Shown: one piece after another, positions 12,951-28,106 of the stretch | Layout: each line of letters begins with the position of its first letter | How positions within the stretch are numbered: position 1 is the first letter of the stretch | Origin: the human T2T-CHM13v2.0 reference genome, Homo sapiens | Length of the DNA stretch: 64,000 bases | Assembly: GCF_009914755.1 (NCBI RefSeq) | Contig: NC_060926.1 | Direction: 5' to 3' (one strand) | Translations under genes and position numbers: made by a program | Notes under the pieces: generated by a model | What the model saw: the letters and a program-made list of their open reading frames with translations, nothing else | What the model was told of the DNA's origin: nothing | Database searches by the model: none

Positions 12951-13789
12951 GCTTAACAACATCAGTTTTCTCAGCAAGTTTGTTTCAATCTATAATTCAC
13001 ATTCACAACAGTTAATAATAACAATTTATATTCCTTGATTATTAAAAATGAAGTATTTGAGAAATATATTAGGTCTGATTATCAAAGGGTTCTGTTTAAT
13101 GAAATTACTTCTGATTTTATTTGCTAGGCTTTATATATCTGGTGGTGGGTAGATGAGAATCACAGTTAGACTAGATGACTCCTAAGAATGCTTCTAAATC
13201 TGTGATTTCTGTGATTTTGAGAAAGCCAGTGCATTTTACAAACACATAACCATTTCTCCTACATAGTTATGGCATTTTGGAAATGTTACGCATAGAAAAT
13301 TATTCTCTATTCTTTGTTCCAGCCCACACAGTCACTCTAAGGAGATCATTAAAAACTATTATAATTATGACTACAGCTCCTCTTTGTCCAAAATCTAAGC
13401 TGAAATGATCTGTTGCAAATTCAAAGTCACAGGCTACAACTCTGCTTGGTACAGTAAGACAATGACTCCAATTTTCCCCTACTGACTTCCCAGCCCACGG
13501 CACCTGTTTCAAAATGCCAGCTCCTCATCCCCTTTCAACTGGAGGCTGCCACAGTCAGCTTCAAAGGCAAAGGCTGTGAATATTGAGCAAGAGCTTTCTG
13601 AGATGGTTAATTACTCCAAACAGCGATGTCCTGGCTCATCTTTTTTCATTTATTATGTTTGCTTAGTTAGCTTTTATGCTTGCCATCTCTGCCTGTATGT
13701 GTTTAGACACCAAAAAGCAGGCCAAAGTCAACATGGTCAAAGGCTTTTGTGCCATGAGGATAGAGTTTCCTAAAACGTATATGTCCATG

Positions 13790-13930
13790 GTCCTTGGAGT
13801 GGATAATTAAAATTCAGGCTCCTGGGTCTCACTTGAGATCCACGGAATCAGAATCTCTAGAGGGAGTGCCAAGAAATCTACATTGTAAAAAGTACTACAG
13901 GTGATTCTGAAGGACATAGAGAAATGTTGC
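13790..13930. mobile_element. MER5-like hAT-Charlie fragment
   Basis: gaatcagaatctctag...aatctacatt...caggtgattctga. Confidence 0.55.
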
Positions 13931-14990
13931 TACTTCACCAGGTAGATTCCATGATTCCACATGAGTGATAATGTGGTCCAGTCCTTGTCTGACCATGAAC
14001 GGAGAGCCTTGGGGTCCTAGTTTCACACAGTGGATTCTAGTAGCTGGAATTATCTTCTTGTTTTCACTCATCTAGACACAGCCTTTTAAAAGGACATATC
14101 AACTCCAGTATGAGGTTTTATTTATAGTGGACGTTCAATATTTATTTGTTAAATCAATGATCATCTGTATCATTTTCTTCTGGAAATGACAACAAATGAT
14201 ACTTTGAAAGTTCTAAAAATCTAAATGTTTAAAAATGAGTGGGCTATTATAAAGAACACCCTAAGGTGCTGTAAAGAAAATATTTCATTTTTCTCCTTGT
14301 TCCTCTGCTCCAGATAATCATTAGAATCAATTCAAATCATGTTACATACCTCAAATAGCAATTTGGGTTTGGCAATGCAATTTGTTCATCTCGTAAAAGG
14401 GTTGATTATTGAATTCTGGCTACATAGTAATAAGCAAGTAACATTTTTTTTTCAGATGCAAAATTATTTTTCTTTCTGGCTATAGAGGTTTATTTAATTA
14501 CCTGACTAGGTTCTTGCCAGAAAGATTAATGCAAGCATAAATGGTGTTCATTTTGGCCCTTAGTCACCACTGGAAATAATTCTGTATTTGTAAAACGATG
14601 GTGGCAATTTTAGTATTCATGCCGTTCTTTATAAAGTTGAGAAGTAATTGTGGCTATTGTATAAATGTTGAAAATGAAGCATCATGAAATTGAGTTTAGG
14701 CAAATTATGCATTGAAAGAGTGGCCAGATAATTTATTGTTCACACTGAGACATTTCAGAGTGAAAAGAGGCACTATTAGCAAGGTTGACCCTTAGAACAT
14801 GAGACTGTTCCTGCAAACCAGGATGTGTGGGTCACCCAACACATTGACATTTTAGTGAAAAAGAGAAAAGGCACTGAAAACATTTTTTTTTTTTTGGTCT
14901 TCAACTAGATCACACCATGTGTTCTTTTAAAGTGTAATAATTAGTTTCTGCAGTATACAAACCAGTTGAACAGTTAATATTTAAAAACTT

Positions 14991-15390
<400 letters not shown>

Positions 15391-17413
15391 TCAGTTTCAG
15401 AAATCACAGCACGATCTAATTTAATAGATCTAATTTAACTGATTCTGGTTTTTAAAAAATACTACTTGATATAAGATGGTGTTACAATATATATAAGCAT
15501 GCATGCCCATTTGTAAAATATAATGTCATATCAAGGGCCAATCCAGGGGAAAATCATTTTAAGACGATTTTGTTGCTTTGAACTACAGTAGCCTAAATTT
15601 TCATTCAGTATTTTATTCATGGTAAATTGAAAGTGAACCAAAATATTTGGTTTCTCTTTTCAAAATGTGCTGTGTTAAGGCAGTTGAATAAATTATAAAA
15701 GTAGACTTTTTGACCTGGGAACATGCACTGTAATTTCCCAGCTAGATCTCACAAGTCATTTGTCAGGACATGAATGATGGATGGTACTAAAACACCTTGG
15801 TACTATTATGATCCAATCATTGCTCTCATGTAAGGCATAAAAACTGGGTCATTTTTCAGTGCAATTGAAATTTTAGGTTCAAACTTAAAAATGGGTTCTT
15901 TTTTATTCTTATGCTCCAAAGCCTCTAACTTGTACATTTGTGTTTTACTGATTTACTGCCAAACATTTTAGGGGGATTTTTATTGTGGAGAAGGGAAAGC
16001 CAATTTAGAGTTGGAGGAGGTTTTCATATTTGGAAACAAGACTATTATTCTAGAAATTTTAGTGAATAGAAAATAAGTTTCTTCAGAGTTCTTAATGTGA
16101 AACACGTAACCATTTTGTTTTCATTTTTCAACTGTTTTTCCAGATATATTTTATCCTAAGTTCAGTAAATAATACATGCACTTGAATTTATCTTAATCAT
16201 TTTTTGTGTATTTATTACCTTTAGTGTTATACATTTAGTGTAAAAAAATTGGGGCGATCCATTTTGTTTTGGCCATGATAGGAATATAGTCACCACATAT
16301 GAACACATCTAGGCCAAATGTAAGACAACAGATTTTAATATCTTAATTTTTCCATTACATTTTTAAAGTCATTAAATAAACATGGCTTTAAATTTATTTT
16401 GTAAAAAGTACACACCCAATAAAAAGTTCCTTAACTTCCAACAAGATTTTCATCAGCAAGACCTTCATTAGTGAATGAAGAGCCTTATTTTTCAAAAAAT
16501 AAAAATCCAAAACCCCCAAAACAAAACCAAAATAAAAATAAAACATACATACAAATATTTTTATCTACATGAATTTTATTAAGAAAGAATGTAACCTTTT
16601 AAAAATTTTGAAGCAACGTTTGTGGTTTCATTTTTTTCTCAATATGCTGTAGAAATTTCAATTGTTCATATAGCCCTGAGGTCACACTATAGGAGTTAGT
16701 TCTAGGATGAGAAACTCCACACTAACTGTGCTCTGGTCTAAAGTTAAATACATATGAGTCATTCATTTGCTGCCCAGTGTTTCAGGATCAGAAAACAGCA
16801 TTCATTTTTACTTAATTTATTTATACATGCAACCCACTCTCCCAAATCAACTAGTAAGAGACATTCTTATATATGGGCAAGTGTGAGTGCACAGTATTCT
16901 ACACATGAGATTCAAAAATTAGTATGAAGCATACTAAACAAAGGCATTTTGGTCAAAAGAATGGTTTCTTTGTCAGCTTACATAATATGTGGTCCAAAAT
17001 TAAACACAAAGCATATAGAATTATTTTAACTATAAAAGTAAAAAAAGAAATTCCCCATGTTTTCTTGAGACAAGATAAATTTCATTCTAGTTAGATATAT
17101 TTCTTTCAGTTAAAAATGAGCAGCATGAAGTACTTTTAAATTATAGCCAACTCCCCCTCCTCTGTAATTTTCTTCACTATGTTTAGGACGCAAGTCTTAT
17201 CTTGAATATTCATAATTTTCTCCTGAATTAATTAAATGCCACTTGTCTGAGTCCAAATGTGCAAGGGAAGAAGAGGAAGACAAAGAGATTTCATTTTCAA
17301 TATTATACTCATTGGATCTTATTGTTTTTCATGTTTACAGAATTTTGCTCTGCAATACATTAAGCAGTATTTTGGTACACAATTTAAAGATCAATAAACG
17401 GCCTATGGAACTA

Positions 17414-17727
17414 TTTTTTTTTTTTTTTTTTTTTTTTGAGACGGAGTCTCGCTCTATCGCCCAGGCCGGACTGCGGACTGCAGCGGCGCGATCTCGGCTC
17501 ACTGCAAGCTCCGCTTCCCGGGTTCACGCCATTCTCCTGCCTCAGCCTCCTGAGTAGCTGGGACTACAGGCGCCCGCCACCGCGCCCGGCTAATTTTTTT
17601 TGTATTTTTAGTAGAGACGGGGTTTCACCTTGTTAGCCAGGATGGTCTCGATCTCCTGACCTCATGATCCACCCGCCTCGGCCTCCCAAAGTGCTGGGAT
17701 TACAGGCGTGAGCCACCGCGCCCGGCC
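17414..17727 (-). mobile_element. AluYb8-lineage young Alu
   Basis: 7-bp duplication (ggactgcggactgc = GCAGTCC x2) and diagnostics GGGTGGATCATGAGG, AACAAGGTG, GGGAAGCGG; long pure poly(A); TSD TATGGAACTATTTTT. Confidence 0.95.
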
Positions 17728-17839
17728 TATGGAACTATTTTTAACTTTGGTATGCTTTGGGCACTCTGCCTGAAGAATTCTAATATTTTTATTGGGTTTA
17801 TTCCTGAAGTGGGTTTATGCTTTGCAAGTAAAGGGACAC

Positions 17840-18625
17840 CAATACCCAAATCCAGTGAGCCCCCATCTTGATTCTTCTTTGGCATTTTATGCCATTGATG
17901 CACTTTCTCTCGCTATTGACCCTTCTTCCTTAATTCTGAGATATCGGTATCTCCTTGTTCCCCGCTTTCCTCTCTGCCCACTCCTTCTCCATTCTTTACA
18001 CAGGGTCCTCTTTGCCTGCCCCTTAGTGAGAGTGTGGCTCAGGGACCTGCCTTCTCAGTTCCAGCCCAATTCTCTGGTGTTCATGGGCATACTCTTCCAG
18101 GTTTAAAGCTTGAATTTTCAAATCTAGAGTAACTGCCCACACTTTCCTGTGCTCCAGACCTATGTATTTATCTTCTTCTTGGATCTCTCTCTGCATGTTG
18201 GCAAATAAGGTTATCTTCTTTGCTTCATCCTTCCAGCAATCTTCACTCTCTTCTGGGCACCTTATTTAAATGAATGGCACAACCATCTAGGTAATAGCCC
18301 AAGCCATAATTATGGGAGTCATCATAAACACATTCCTCTTCTTTACTTTATTTTCAGTCCCCAACTCCTGTCAATGCTATCTCCTTAATAGGTCTTTACC
18401 AGTACCACAATCGCATAGCCACACAGCTCTTTGTAATCATGCACCTGGACTATTAAAACAAATAGTCTCCTATCTGTTAGTACAGCTCTTTGTAATCATG
18501 CATCTGGACTATTAAAACAAATAGTCTTCTATCTGTCCAATTTTTCTTCAATCTTATTCCTTCCCAAGCCGACCAATCCATACTCTGGTATGCTTTTAGT
18601 TGTTTCTTCTGACAGGCAAACCTGA
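17840..18625 (+). mobile_element. L2 fragment containing a 59-bp tandem duplication (18423-18536)
   Basis: gaatggcacaaccatct...caagcc...gggagtcatc...tcctgtcaatgctatctcctta. Confidence 0.6.
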
Positions 18626-18957
<332 letters not shown>

Positions 18958-19584
18958 TTGTTTATCTTAAAGTAGTATACTCCAGGGGGTACTTGTCAGA
19001 GTGTGTCGTAGAAATCTAATCAGAGGTCTGTAACTTCTTGCCTGATGGTATGCACCTTGAGGGCAGGGACTGTGTTTAGCCAGTGGTTAAGCCCATGTTG
19101 GATAATGAACCTCCTCTAATCTTTCATCCAATGGTTGATTCTCTTTATCACATAATTTCAACACAATGTGATCTGTAGTAACAGTAAATCAGTGGGACAA
19201 GAAATTTCTATGTAAATTTCACTCTTTGTAAAGATAATTAGCTCCACCTAACTGAATTGCAATTAGCAGAGTCTTATATACCTCGTTTATGCCACCGGAT
19301 TCACAGTTGCCCCTAGGACAAGAGAAAGGCTAATCTGATAATTAGGTAGGGGAATGAAGGGAGAAATTTAAGGGCTAAAAGAGTATTACACTGACATTTA
19401 TGATCATTGTTAATTACTTCAAACTCTGAGAGTAACATTATTTATACTTATAATTTGCTGTATGAGGGTAAGTACATAGAACTACCATCACTGGGGCTTG
19501 TGCCGAATTGTGTCTTAGAATTGCATGACCTCCCTGAACACAGGTAGACATTTTCGATGCTAACAGTAAGAATTAAGAATAGAG

Positions 19585-19883
19585 GGCCAGGCGCGGTGGC
19601 TCACGCCTGTAATCTCAGCACTTTGGGAGGCTGAGGCGGGCAGATCACGAGGTCAGGAGATCAAGACCATCCTGGCTAACATGGTGAAACCCTGTCTCTA
19701 CTAAAAATACAAAAAAATTAGCCGGGTGTGGTGGCGGGCCCCTGTAGTCCCAGCTACTCAGGAGGCTGAGGCAGGAGAATGGTGTGAACCAGGGAGGCGG
19801 AGCTTGCAGAGAGCTGAGATTGCGCCACTGCACTCCAACCTGGGCGACAGAGCGAGACTCCACCTCAAAAAAAAAAAAAAAAA
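19585..19883 (+). mobile_element. AluY
   Basis: Full dimer; TSD AAGAATAGAG. Confidence 0.95.
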
Positions 19884-20221
19884 GAATAGAGGTTTGGCCA
19901 TGAAAAGAAAACAACTAATTTATCTGATCTCCTGGAGGGTTTAATATTTTCTTTTTCTGCATTAGAATCAGCCTGAATGAAATGCACATGCCGGTTCACC
20001 CAATTGTTGATTTCTGTTTTACTTGAACTACATTGTGCCTCTAGTTTCTGGTGATCTCCTTGGATCACATTTACATTAGCATTTCTCAAAGGTGTTTCTT
20101 AAAGATACTTGGAGAAAAATGGACAGAATTTCTACATGGTCAAATACATTTTAGAAATGTTTCATTTCATATCCCCTTCTAAGACAGTCTTGATGGATAT
20201 TAGCTAATTAAAGACTCTGAA

Positions 20222-20590
20222 TGTGTGTGTGTGTGTGTGTATGTTTCTATGTGTGTGAGACACTTAGGAACATCGTGCAGACCTAGCCTCTTGCCGAACG
20301 TTCTGTGCCTACATAAAGTTGGCTTCTGCCCTGATTTAAATGAGTTGTGTGTGTGTGTGTGTATGTGTGTGTGTGTGTGTGTATTTTTTATGGACAGCTA
20401 GAGATTTCAACAACATTTACTTCGCCTTAAATCATATTTGTATTTACCATTTAGTCTTGGGTCCTGTTTTCATTTTTGTTTTTTCCTTTCCAGAATTCAT
20501 TTCTGGTTTGAACCCCTTGCTTAAAATCTGAACTTTTCCTTGCCCCGGTAGCCTAGTACTATTTGGATGAAGACAGTACATAATCATCAT

Positions 20591-20626
<36 letters not shown>
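20222..20626. repeat. Three (TG)n microsatellites (about 20222, 20347, 20595)
   Basis: Directly visible. Confidence 0.9.
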
Positions 20627-20629
<3 letters not shown>

Positions 20630-20664
20630 ATGTGTAGATGTGGCTGTAGAGATAAGTATTTGCT

Positions 20665-20971
20665 TTTATTCTTTTTTATTTTTCTACGGACAGAGTCTCA
20701 CTCTGTTGCCCAGGCTGAAGCTCAGTGGCATACGCATGGCTCAGTCATGCAGTCTCAAATTCCTGAGCTCAAGCCATCCTCCTGCATCGGCCTCCTGAGT
20801 ATTTGGGACTGCAGGTGCACACCATCATGCCCAGCTAATTAAAAAGTTTTTTTTAGAGATAGAGTCTCACTATATGGCCCAAGCTGGTCTTGAACTCCTG
20901 AGATCAAGTGATCCTCTTGCCTTGGCTTCCCAAAGTGCTGGGATTACTGGTATAAGCCATTGCACCCAGCC
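20665..20971 (-). mobile_element. AluJ
   Basis: Diverged dimer, ctcaagccatcctcctgc, gagtctcactatatggccca. Confidence 0.9.
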
Positions 20972-22639
20972 TGCTTCTGTTCTTTCAATGTTATCATACC
21001 TCCTAAGTCCCCAAGAGTTTTATGCCATGATCAAAATGAGACTTGGATGAAGTCTCCTCACTTATCATTATTCTACTCCCGCAGCAGCATTGGTTTTCAG
21101 AAATCAGAGAGGGCTTTGTTGTCAGAGTAACTTGCTACCTTAGTACTTTGTCAGTATTTCTCTCAGCCATTCAGCTGAAGTGGTCCCTAGACCTTTGTTC
21201 CCTCTTGAGCCACTGTATTGTTCTCAATTCTTTGCTCCCTCATCTCCTTTTGTTAAGAGAGACTGAACCAAGAGCTTGGTTTTAATTAGTATGCTGAGCT
21301 TTCTTCCAACTTTATATGATCCCTTTGTGTATATTAAAATAAAAGCTTCGTTATAGAAGTTTTGCTTAGGAAGTTTGCATCCTATTTCTAGATCACTTTA
21401 ATTGCCCCCCTCTCCTCCTCAAACCCCTTGTGGGAGTGGTGCTTGTTTTATCACGGAAGTGTTTAGATATTTTTTATGGTTATGGATGTTCATTTTAAGC
21501 CACTTAAGCAGATTCAGATAAAGACAATGCTCTCCAGTAGTTGTTTTCCAAGTGTTTTCATACTATTGCTATATTTATTTTCAGAATCACAGCATTAGGA
21601 TTTTTCATATCCCTATTTAAAGATGGAAAAACTAAGGCAGAAAAGTTAATAGTTTGCCAAAATGAAGGATACGTTCCCTTGTGAGGAGTGGAAGTACCCT
21701 CATCCAGTCAGGCTAGTGAGCATGTGGTATAAAGGAACTTATCAAAGGATCAGAGACAATAAAATGTGTAAGAACATGGAATATTATGTCAAAGATAGCA
21801 AAGCCTTAATTCTGGCTCTGTGTGAACTTGGGCGAGTTCATTATTCACTCAGAGCCTGTTTTCTAGGCTGCAAAATGAGGTAGTAATACCTATTTCACAG
21901 AGTTCTCAAAAGTTTTCACATACACACAATGTATAAGCAACTGTGTACTCAACTAGAGCTTGATGTTAACATGCAGTGTTTTAATGGATGTGAAATAAGC
22001 CTATGCTTTTGTGTGGGGAATGTTTAATTTTACATTTAAGAGATAGGGAGGAGAATTAATAACAGATAAAACAGAAAAGGAAGAAGCTGTTCATTTTAGT
22101 GAACTTCCATTAAAATATGATGTCATTGAAGATTAAAAAAAAGAAAAGAATGCCTAATGCCTTTCATGAGAAGCTGAGAATTGTCAAAGTAGAGAGCAGT
22201 GAGAGAAAACTCAAATTTTTTACTGAGCTGGATGTGTTGAAACTAGATTCTTGCCAATCTGTTGCCTAGCAACCATGGTATTTGCCCTTGCCACCCCACA
22301 GTGAGCCGCAGGGCAATGTAGCACAGGGTGGACCAATAACGTTGCTTAATACACTTGTGGTAGGTCAAGCAAGTGTTTCTACAAAGCTCTACAAACGTCA
22401 ATGAATTCATTTCAGTGCTAGCATAATCTAGTTTCAAAAATCCAGCCAATGTTCCTGAAAGTGTGGCCCACTGACTGTATGCATCAGAGTCACCTGAGCA
22501 GAAACCACAGTGGGGCTGTGAGGGTGAAGACTCAGAGAAGTTTTCTTTCCAGAGGAACATAGCAATTTTATAGCAAAACACCCTATTGGCAGTTAGCATC
22601 GCAGTTAGGAGCCCAGGGACGGAGCTGGTGGCATGTGTC

Positions 22640-22835
22640 CAGATGTTGGATCTGTCTATTCCTGGTTGTCTAATGCTGGCTGGGCAAGTTTCTTAATATT
22701 TCTATGACATAGTTTCCTTGTTATTAAAAGGTGATAATGATGATAATAACAAACATATGTTTGTAATTGCTACAAGTAAAGGGCTTAGAAGTGTATCTGG
22801 CACAAAGTAAGCAGTCAATAAAGGTTAGCTGCTAT
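22640..22835 (+). mobile_element. MIR fragment
   Basis: tgggcaagtttcttaa...agtttcct...tggcacaaagtaagcagtcaataaa. Confidence 0.6.
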
Positions 22836-24319
22836 TAGCAATTGGGGTCAAGACTTTTTGCAGTGTAATTCTCTGGGACCATTTCCCAGTCTTAGCTCAG
22901 CTCTTTGGTGACCTCTTTCTTCTTATCTGCTGTCTCCAGGCCTGACTATTCATGTTCCATTATCATCACGGGATATTTGTAAGCAGGGCTTATCTTCTTC
23001 CCATCCTATGAAGCACAGGTTTCACTTTATCTTTATCCTTAAAATCAAGGACTACTATGGGAGTTTTTGCAGGGTTTTCAGTACTAGTGACACAGAAAAA
23101 TTAGCAGGGAATAAGGTAGTTTTGTCCCAGTCTTCCTCCTTTCTCTCTCCCTTTTTTTTTTCTATTTTAGATCCATACAGTTGAGAAAAAATATGATAAG
23201 AAGATTCATTCATGTTGCCCAAGAGAGTTGAATGTTCTGTCCTGAGCTTTGCAACATAAAAGTTTAGCATATATTTGGGATCTAGGGCGAAAGGCACTCT
23301 ACTTGGTTTCTCCTTGGAGCAGTTCTTAGAGAAGTAAGACGCTGAGGTACAAGAGAGAAAAGAAGTCTACAAGCAGTTGAAAGGGAATTAAGGTGGGAAC
23401 AAAAGTGAAGGTGAGAAATTTCCCCCAAGGAGCAATAATAAAATAAAGGCAAATTTTGTTGTCAACTTGTCCTCAGCTGAAGGTGACATTCTCAGAGAAC
23501 TACGGATAGATGAAAAGATCTATCTGGACATTTGAAGTTGTGAGGTAGAAGCTCTTGAAGCACAAGCAAAACTGAAGGCCTCTGGGAACCCTAGAATAGT
23601 CCTTTGAAGTCTCTTGTGTTGTATGGATCCACTTATCTGCTTTTCATGCTATCTTTCCCCTGGAAAAGTAGCTACACTTGAAACTTGGTTGGATCTAGAG
23701 ATTGGGGGTGAAGGTTCTGAATGGTCCCAGAATTTAGAGTTCAGGCTAACTGGCCCCTATCTTGAAAGCATGCCTGGCAATAAAATGAGGCAGTGTTAAT
23801 AGGCAGGAGCTGAAGGAGGCTGGCAGCCAAATCCAAGGCTCTGAAAGCCTTGGGTTCTAGAGACTCAGAGCCACAAGCTAGGAACATTTGTTCATGTGAG
23901 AGCAATTGGAAACTGCTGAAAGCTGGAAATATACAAATGCCGTATACACCCCCAAAGAGAGCAAAAGGACCATGAAATGAAAAGTTCCTAAAACGATAGA
24001 AACATTTATAAATCCGTTGTAGTTGGATTAAAAACAACTGATAATGGACTATGTTTGCTGAATGTAATTGACTTCTATGACAGAAAGACAAGCCCAACAG
24101 ATGGAATCCTAAAGCAAGACACGCATGAGATTTTGAGTGCTCCACATGCCATTTTCATCAGCAAACTAAAACAATAATAATAATAATAAAGAATCTGAAG
24201 TAGTCTTTTAGGTATTTATCTAATGACTTGAAGAATTATGTTGGATTTTTAACTTTTGCAGACAAGTTTAGGCAACAGGCTTCAGTTGCTTCCAATTCTG
24301 GCAGCATTTAAAAATACAT

Positions 24320-24608
24320 TTTTTTTTTTTTTTGAGTGGAGTTTTGCTCTTGTTGCCCAGGCTGGAATGACGCGATCTCAGATCACTGCAACCTCCGCCT
24401 TCTAGGTTCAAGTGATTCTCCTGCCTCAGCATCCCAAATAGCTGGGATTACACGCATGTGCCACTACTCCCGGGTAATTTTGTATTTTTAGTAGAGACAG
24501 GGTTTCACCATGTTGGTCAGGCTGGTCTCAAACTCCTGAGCTCAGGTGATCCACCCGCCTCGGCTTCCCAAGGTGCTGGGATTACAGGAGTGAGCCACCA
24601 TGCCCAGC
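24320..24608 (-). mobile_element. AluS
   Basis: Alu consensus after poly(T). Confidence 0.95.
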
Positions 24609-24918
24609 TGCCCCCATCTCTACTAAAAATATATTCTAACTAATTTTTTCCAAAATAGCTTTTAAATTACAAAATTTATGTGTAATAGCACAACAGAAGA
24701 GAATTATATAAGTTGAAAATCAATCTCTCCCCTCCCACTAGAGTCCCAAACTTGTGAGGTAGCCAATGTTATGAGTTTGATGTGTGCATTCTTTTATACT
24801 TTTCCTAGCCTTATATAAACATATTTGTGTATATATGTATAGGTTTTATATCTTTCGTGATATCATACTACAATTCTGTGACTTGCTTTTTTCTCCTAAC
24901 AATATATTATGGGCATCA

Positions 24919-25242
<324 letters not shown>

Positions 25243-25429
25243 CTATTTAAATAGATATAATTTTTTATTTGTTTTATATTATTACAAAATATAAATGTGA
25301 AAAAATTTTAGCCTCACCCTTATTAATTGATAATTCAAAATTTCCAATGCAGCATATATGTCTTATGAATTACATTTCAAAAGTTACAGATGTGAGTATT
25401 TCAAACATCATGTGATCGTGTTTCTTTCA

Positions 25430-26450
25430 CTATATTGTTATTATTGCTAAATGGTATTTATCTTAAATTTTTTCTTCCCTAAAATTATTCTTTTAATTTC
25501 TATTTCCATGACTACTAGTGAGGCTGAGCAACCTTGTATGTCTCTTAGCCTACTGCATTTCTTCTTTTAAGCAGCCTGGCCATATCTTTTGCTCATATTT
25601 TCTCCGGTTATTTGTCTTTTTAAAAATTAATTTGTAGGATTTTGAATACTAGGAATGTATGTATTTATATGTGAGTGTGTGTGAGTGTGTGTGTTCAGCA
25701 AAAGACATAATGAGTTACAAATGATTTCTCTGATTAAATATTTTATTTTGACTCTGTGTATGGTACTGTACATTTGTCATATACAAATTTTAATTTTTTA
25801 TTTGGTTAAATCTGTCAGTTTTCCCTAACTTCCCACTTAAAAATGTTTTCCTACATTTTTATAACCTTTGTTTTTATTTTGTTTGTTTGTCTGTTTATTT
25901 ATTTATTTATTTATTTATTTGAGACAGAGTCTCCCTCTGTTGCCCAGGCTGGAGTGCAGTGGCACAATCTCAGATCACTGCAAGCTCCGCCTCCCAGGTT
26001 CACACCATTCTCTGGCCTCCCCCTGCTGAGTAGTTGGGACTACAGGCACCCGCCACCACGTCTGGCTAATTTTTTGGTTTTTTTTTGTATTTTTAGTAGA
26101 GACGGGGTTTCACCATGTTAGCCAGATGGTCTCGATCTCCTGACCTCGTGATCCGCCTGCCTTGGCCTCCCAAAGTGCTGGGATTACAGGCATGAGCCAC
26201 CTCACCCGGCCTATAACCTTTGTTTTTAAAACTTAGATTCTTTTTTTCATCTGGAATTTATTTTTGTATGTAATATGAGATATGGACACAACTTTATTTT
26301 CTTCCAAAATGGATAGTTGAGTAGTATTTGTTGAATTGGCCACTCTTCCCCAGAGACTTTGAAGTGCCATCTTTACTATTTCTTAAATAATACTATGCAC
26401 TTAAATTTGTTTTAGGTATTTTTTGTTTCACTGGTTTATTTGTTCATTCC
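25430..26450 (-). mobile_element. Degenerate L1M (ME-type) fragment interrupted by an Alu
   Basis: aaatggtatttat...actagtgaggctgagca...catatcttttgctcat...catctggaatttattttt. Confidence 0.6.
25876..26211 (-). mobile_element. AluY/Sc-like
   Basis: TSD TATAACCTTTGTTTTT; (TTTA)n tail. Confidence 0.95.
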
Positions 26451-26539
26451 AGAACACAGAAAAAGATGTAGAGTGCCCCAATTTATTTTTTAAAGCTAGC
26501 ATCTCTCTAAGGAAAGGAAAAAAGAAAACAAGAGCCAAA

Positions 26540-27500
26540 TTTCACTCATAATATAAACTCCAAAATTTGAAATAAAGTAAAAACAATTAGAAGGCAACTC
26601 GGTATTAAGGTAATAATACAACTTGAAGTAGAAAGTTTATACCAGAAATACAAGTAGGGATCCACAGGACAAAAGCCCATTGATTTTATTACAGTGCTAA
26701 CTAAAACAGAAAAGCTGTTGTATTAATAGGACGCATATGCATGTGATAACAGGGCAGCCAGTCTTTATAAACACTCTAAAATTTCATAGAGAGACACCTT
26801 TTAAAACACAATAAAGAAACGCCAGAAACGAACATAAAACACCATCTTTCATAAAGGATGAAAGAATACTAAGGTCTCCCCCTAAATTCAAGAAAAAGAC
26901 ATATTGCCTGGTATTAGCATTATTATTCAATATTGTTTTAGGGATATAAAATAATAGAATAAGATAAAAATCAAAGAAACAATATACTTATTAGAAAAGA
27001 AGAAAATTTTACTTGTTTACGCCTACACACCTAAGAAATTAAATACGAACTATTAGGATAAGAGTTTAGCAAGCTAGTTATTCATATTAGGAAATCAACA
27101 GCTTTTGAAAAATATCAGTAATTAACAGTAAGAATTAATTCATTAAGTAATTAACAGTAAGAAAAAGAAATGGAGTTTTAAAATTCCACTCAGATTTGTG
27201 ACAAAGTTATAAGGACCTTAGAATAAATTTTACAACAAAGTTAAAGATCTTTATGAAGAAAATGCAATGTATTTCTGAAGAATGCACAAGACCTGGTTAA
27301 ACTTCCCCATTAGGAAGTCAATGTTATAAAAATGTCAAATCCTGCCTAAGTTAACACATATTTATTGCAGACCTGGTTTGAATAAGTCTGATTGTCTGGT
27401 ATAAAAAATTATTTGCCAACTTTTTTAAAGAATAGTGACACCCTACTGTATGCTAAGACTTTCTCTAAGGCAACTCTAAACAAAATATTATCATACTGAT
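26540..27500 (+). mobile_element. Highly degenerate L1 ORF2 remnant
   Basis: tttataccagaaatacaag, tattattcaatattgt, gagtttagcaag, aatcaacagc, aaagatctttatgaagaaaa, aaaaatgtcaa. Confidence 0.6.
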
Positions 27501-28106
27501 ATCACACACTATTTTTATCAGTAAATGTGAAAACAGTATTCTCAGATATCCTGATGTTATCTGAGTCTGCATTTTTTCTTTTTTCTATCTCCTTAAAAGG
27601 TATTGTAATGCAATGTGAACTTTGGGAAATACATTCAAAATAATGGAATTGGGAAAAAAAAGACCGATAAAACAATGATCTGAACTGAACAGTACAACAG
27701 AAAATATGTACAGTCATATTTGTATTAATATGTACATTAATAAGGCTAGCTTATGTAACATAAATATGTTAAGAGCCGAGAAAAGATATTGCTATCGTAT
27801 GCAGCTTTAATGAATTCCTAGTTGGGACACACCACTTTCTCAGGATTCAAGACTGAACTTAGATTCCACTACTTTCAGTTTGACCTGTGCTGGGCTAAAT
27901 TTTGTCACCATATTTTCTATAAGGAAAGGATAAGCATCATTTATTTATTCAGTAAACATCTGCTAAGTAGCTGCTATGCACTGGCTCAATTCCTGCTCTA
28001 AAGCTGCCTGGAGTCTGGTTAGAAGAGAAAGAAGCTGTTTTGTAGGCCTCTTATACACCAATAAAATGCAAGTCAATGCTATACCCAGAGATGTTCTATC
28101 AGTCCC

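Noticed and set aside
27117-27163. 18-bp direct repeat AGTAATTAACAGTAAGAA (and a 14-bp repeat near 15413)
   Set aside because: Ordinary small slippage duplications in AT-rich or decayed L1 sequence.
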